Shown: positions 61,994 through 64,000 of the stretch, piece after piece
Position numbering within the stretch: the stretch's first letter is position 1
Layout: every line of letters starts with the position of its first letter
Sequence record: PZ295659.1
Length of the DNA: 64,000 nt
Direction: 5' to 3' (one strand)
Source: a phage
The notes under the pieces: generated by a model
What the model was told of the DNA's origin: nothing
Databases searched by the model: none
Seen by the model: only the letters and a program-made list of their open reading frames with translations
Program-made: the position numbers and the translations under genes

Positions 61994-62992
61994 TTATGAT
62001 ACTAATTCAATCCATGCAGGGCGCAGAACATCTTGCACCATTCGGACTAATTCTTTCTTAACAAGATTCGGATTATCAGATGATGTTAATACAATACCTT
62101 CACGAGAAGTTTCTTCCAGAATATCTTGAACAGTCAATCCCATCACTTTACCAAAATCTTTTGGCGTTACAGTCCCAATCTTAGAAATCACATTATTAAC
62201 ACGATTTAATGTAACATAACAAGCTAGAACATCAAGCAAGTTTTTGTCAATTTCGGTTAATGGAACCTGAGTTTTAATAGGCTTATCAGACTTTTTCTTT
62301 TCACTGAATTTAGAGTTCTTGCACTTAATAGCTACACGAGTACCGTTTGGCAGCCATTTAGGGAAACAAGGCTTCAGAACATAACCTTCTGCCGTATTAT
62401 CGCCAATAACATTAGCATCAAATACACAATTATTTGCTTCTACAAGGTCTTCTGACGCAGTAGCATTATAAGCGGCTAAGATTGAATCAAGGTCATTTGG
62501 AATCATGATAAGAGAATCAAATGTTCCACGTCCAAGCATTGGTGCCATTTTAAAACCGAATTCATTACAGAAATCTTGCATTTCGTAATCAGTCAAATAC
62601 GTATTATCACCACTTTCTGTATTGATAAGGATATCGAACACATAAAAATCTTTTTCACCGTAGTCAACACCTTTCTGGATTCCACCACCAGCGAATTCAC
62701 CGAATACTTGATATGATACTGCTCGATCTGCGTGCATTAATTCCTGAACGGCTTTAATAGCTTTATCATACTTCTTGAGTACGATTTCATAGCCGTAAAA
62801 ATCTTCTGCTGGAAGAATAGGGCCTGTGCGCTTAGCGCATGTGACGTTGTCACGTTCAATTATTAACGAGAAGTTGGTCCCATGGATTTTCTCACGTGCT
62901 ACCCAAACACCAGTAGTCAAACCATTAGTGTAGAGTTTTTCAATAAACTTAGAGTTGTAGTGGTTTTCAAGACTGCTGTATTTCTTAAACAT
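61994..62992 (-). CDS. rnlB: RNA ligase 2
   Basis: 332 aa; [20 protein letters not shown]...[11 protein letters not shown] contains the ligase KxHG nucleotidyl-lysine motif and matches remembered T4 Rnl2. Confidence 0.9.
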   Translation of the reverse strand: MFKKYSSLENHYNSKFIEKLYTNGLTTGVWVAREKIHGTNFSLIIERDNVTCAKRTGPILPAEDFYGYEIVLKKYDKAIKAVQELMHADRAVSYQVFGEFAGGGIQKGVDYGEKDFYVFDILINTESGDNTYLTDYEMQDFCNEFGFKMAPMLGRGTFDSLIMIPNDLDSILAAYNATASEDLVEANNCVFDANVIGDNTAEGYVLKPCFPKWLPNGTRVAIKCKNSKFSEKKKSDKPIKTQVPLTEIDKNLLDVLACYVTLNRVNNVISKIGTVTPKDFGKVMGLTVQDILEETSREGIVLTSSDNPNLVKKELVRMVQDVLRPAWIELVS

Positions 62993-63111
62993 AAATCACC
63001 ATTATAAATAATAATATCAAAATAATTAGCAGAGACTCTGTCTCCGACCCAATGTTTAATTTGAATGGATAGAACCTAGATTCATTATACCATCAAAAAA
63101 TGTAAAGCATA

Positions 63112-63363
63112 CTAGAACTTGATTTCTATCCAGTGCCCATCACGCTGGTCGTGATTAATTTTGTACTGAAAGCCGTTATCACGGAACCACTGACCGATTT
63201 GCTCGGTGATAGTTAAATCATTCTTTGACGGATAGTATGTAAATTGTGTCTGGCCTTTGTCAGCGGCTTTCTCTGCCATCACAGAGAAGTTAGTAATAAA
63301 ATCTTTCAACAAATTGGCTTTAGTGGCCAGCGCCCTTTCTCTTAATTCCTGTGCAAAACTCAT
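63112..63363 (-). CDS. hypothetical protein (T4 24.2 position)
   Basis: 83-aa ORF, ATG start. Confidence 0.45.
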   Translation of the reverse strand: MSFAQELRERALATKANLLKDFITNFSVMAEKAADKGQTQFTYYPSKNDLTITEQIGQWFRDNGFQYKINHDQRDGHWIEIKF

Positions 63364-63554
63364 TTCTTCACCTTTTTGTTAATAAAACGTTTACGGTATA
63401 CAACTTTTTCTTTTGCTTTAAACTTTGACCGAGCTGTCTCAGCTTTAGTCCATAATAATCCAACTTCTTTAGGTTGTAAACCGATTTTTTGAGCAATTTC
63501 TACGAATGAAAATCCCGCCTCATGTAATGTATAAACTTCAACTTCAGCTCTCAT
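63360..63554 (-). CDS. hypothetical small basic protein with helix-turn-helix-like segment
   Basis: Track start is TTG; ATG at 63554 (MRAEVEV...); AGFSFVEIAQKIGLQPKEV resembles an HTH. Confidence 0.4.
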   Translation of the reverse strand: MRAEVEVYTLHEAGFSFVEIAQKIGLQPKEVGLLWTKAETARSKFKAKEKVVYRKRFINKKVKK

Positions 63555-63615
63555 AATCAATCCCGTATTATTTGGTTTGTGCCATTATACATCAATCTCA
63601 AGACGTGTTTGTATG

Positions 63616-63648
63616 CTTTAAAAACGAAGAAAGGGGCCGAAGCCCCTT
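63616..63648 (-). terminator. rho-independent terminator downstream of the hoc-like ORF
   Basis: GGGGC-TTCG-GCCCC followed on the minus strand by TTTCTTCGTTTTT. Confidence 0.65.
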
Positions 63649-63652
63649 ACGA

Positions 63653-64000
63653 TTATGGATAGGTATAGATGATACCAGTTTCTAAAGCAGTTTTATGAAT
63701 GATGTATCCATTACGTGATTCTTGAACATCAACTTCTGGATAGTCTTTCATCATCTTCTGAAGGGTGTAACGATGCAAGTAGTACTTACTATCTGGGTCG
63801 TCAGTTTTCCAGTCTTTACCTTCTTCAGCCATTTTTTGGATTTCATCCATAACCCACCAACCGCACCAGATATAAGCTGAAGTACGATGTGGAAGAGGAT
63901 GAACATAAGGTAATTCACCTTCTGGTTCCGGAGCAACTTTATCAGTTACCTGAACTTGACCTGTTGTTTTAACTGTTTTGCTATCATAGTCAGTTGCTGT
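63653..64000 (-). CDS. C-terminal part of a longer protein that enters from beyond the right edge; possibly Hoc outer capsid protein
   Basis: Reading frame stays open from 63850 to the window end (manual translation, no stops); the hoc assignment is by T4 gene order only. Confidence 0.4.
   Translation of the reverse strand, partial: TATDYDSKTVKTTGQVQVTDKVAPEPEGELPYVHPLPHRTSAYIWCGWWVMDEIQKMAEEGKDWKTDDPDSKYYLHRYTLQKMMKDYPEVDVQESRNGYIIHKTALETGIIYTYP

Overview
This window is a segment of a T4-like (Tevenvirinae) myovirus genome. Positions 1-31682 are a minus-strand early/middle region running from nrdC (truncated at the left edge) through the rI/tk/regB/denV/internal-protein/lysozyme/nudE/tRNA/ipI/57B/57A block to genes 1, 3, 2 and 4. 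Positions 31744-61963 are the plus-strand late morphogenesis module in canonical T4 order: 53, 5, 5.1, 5.4, 6-12, wac, 13-20, 67, 68, 21, 22, 23, 24. It is followed by minus-strand rnlB, two small ORFs and a 5'-truncated hoc-like ORF at the right edge. Calls rest on reading the translations against remembered T4 protein sequences, motifs, gene order and sizes; no database search was run. Several ORF-track starts are TTG/GTG codons and were moved to the nearest ATG with a Shine-Dalgarno sequence. Nothing here looks like a complete, self-contained novel system. The most interesting material is accessory: six capsid-targeting-sequence internal proteins (T4 has three), a DarG/TARG1-type macro-domain gene, an ATPase/nucleotidyltransferase/membrane trio, an Acb1-like 57B and a positional Acb2 candidate, a GrcA-like glycyl-radical gene, tandem small paralogs, a replacement gene between 23 and 24, and early promoters embedded in inverted repeats. 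No CRISPR array, integrase, transposase or homing endonuclease was seen.
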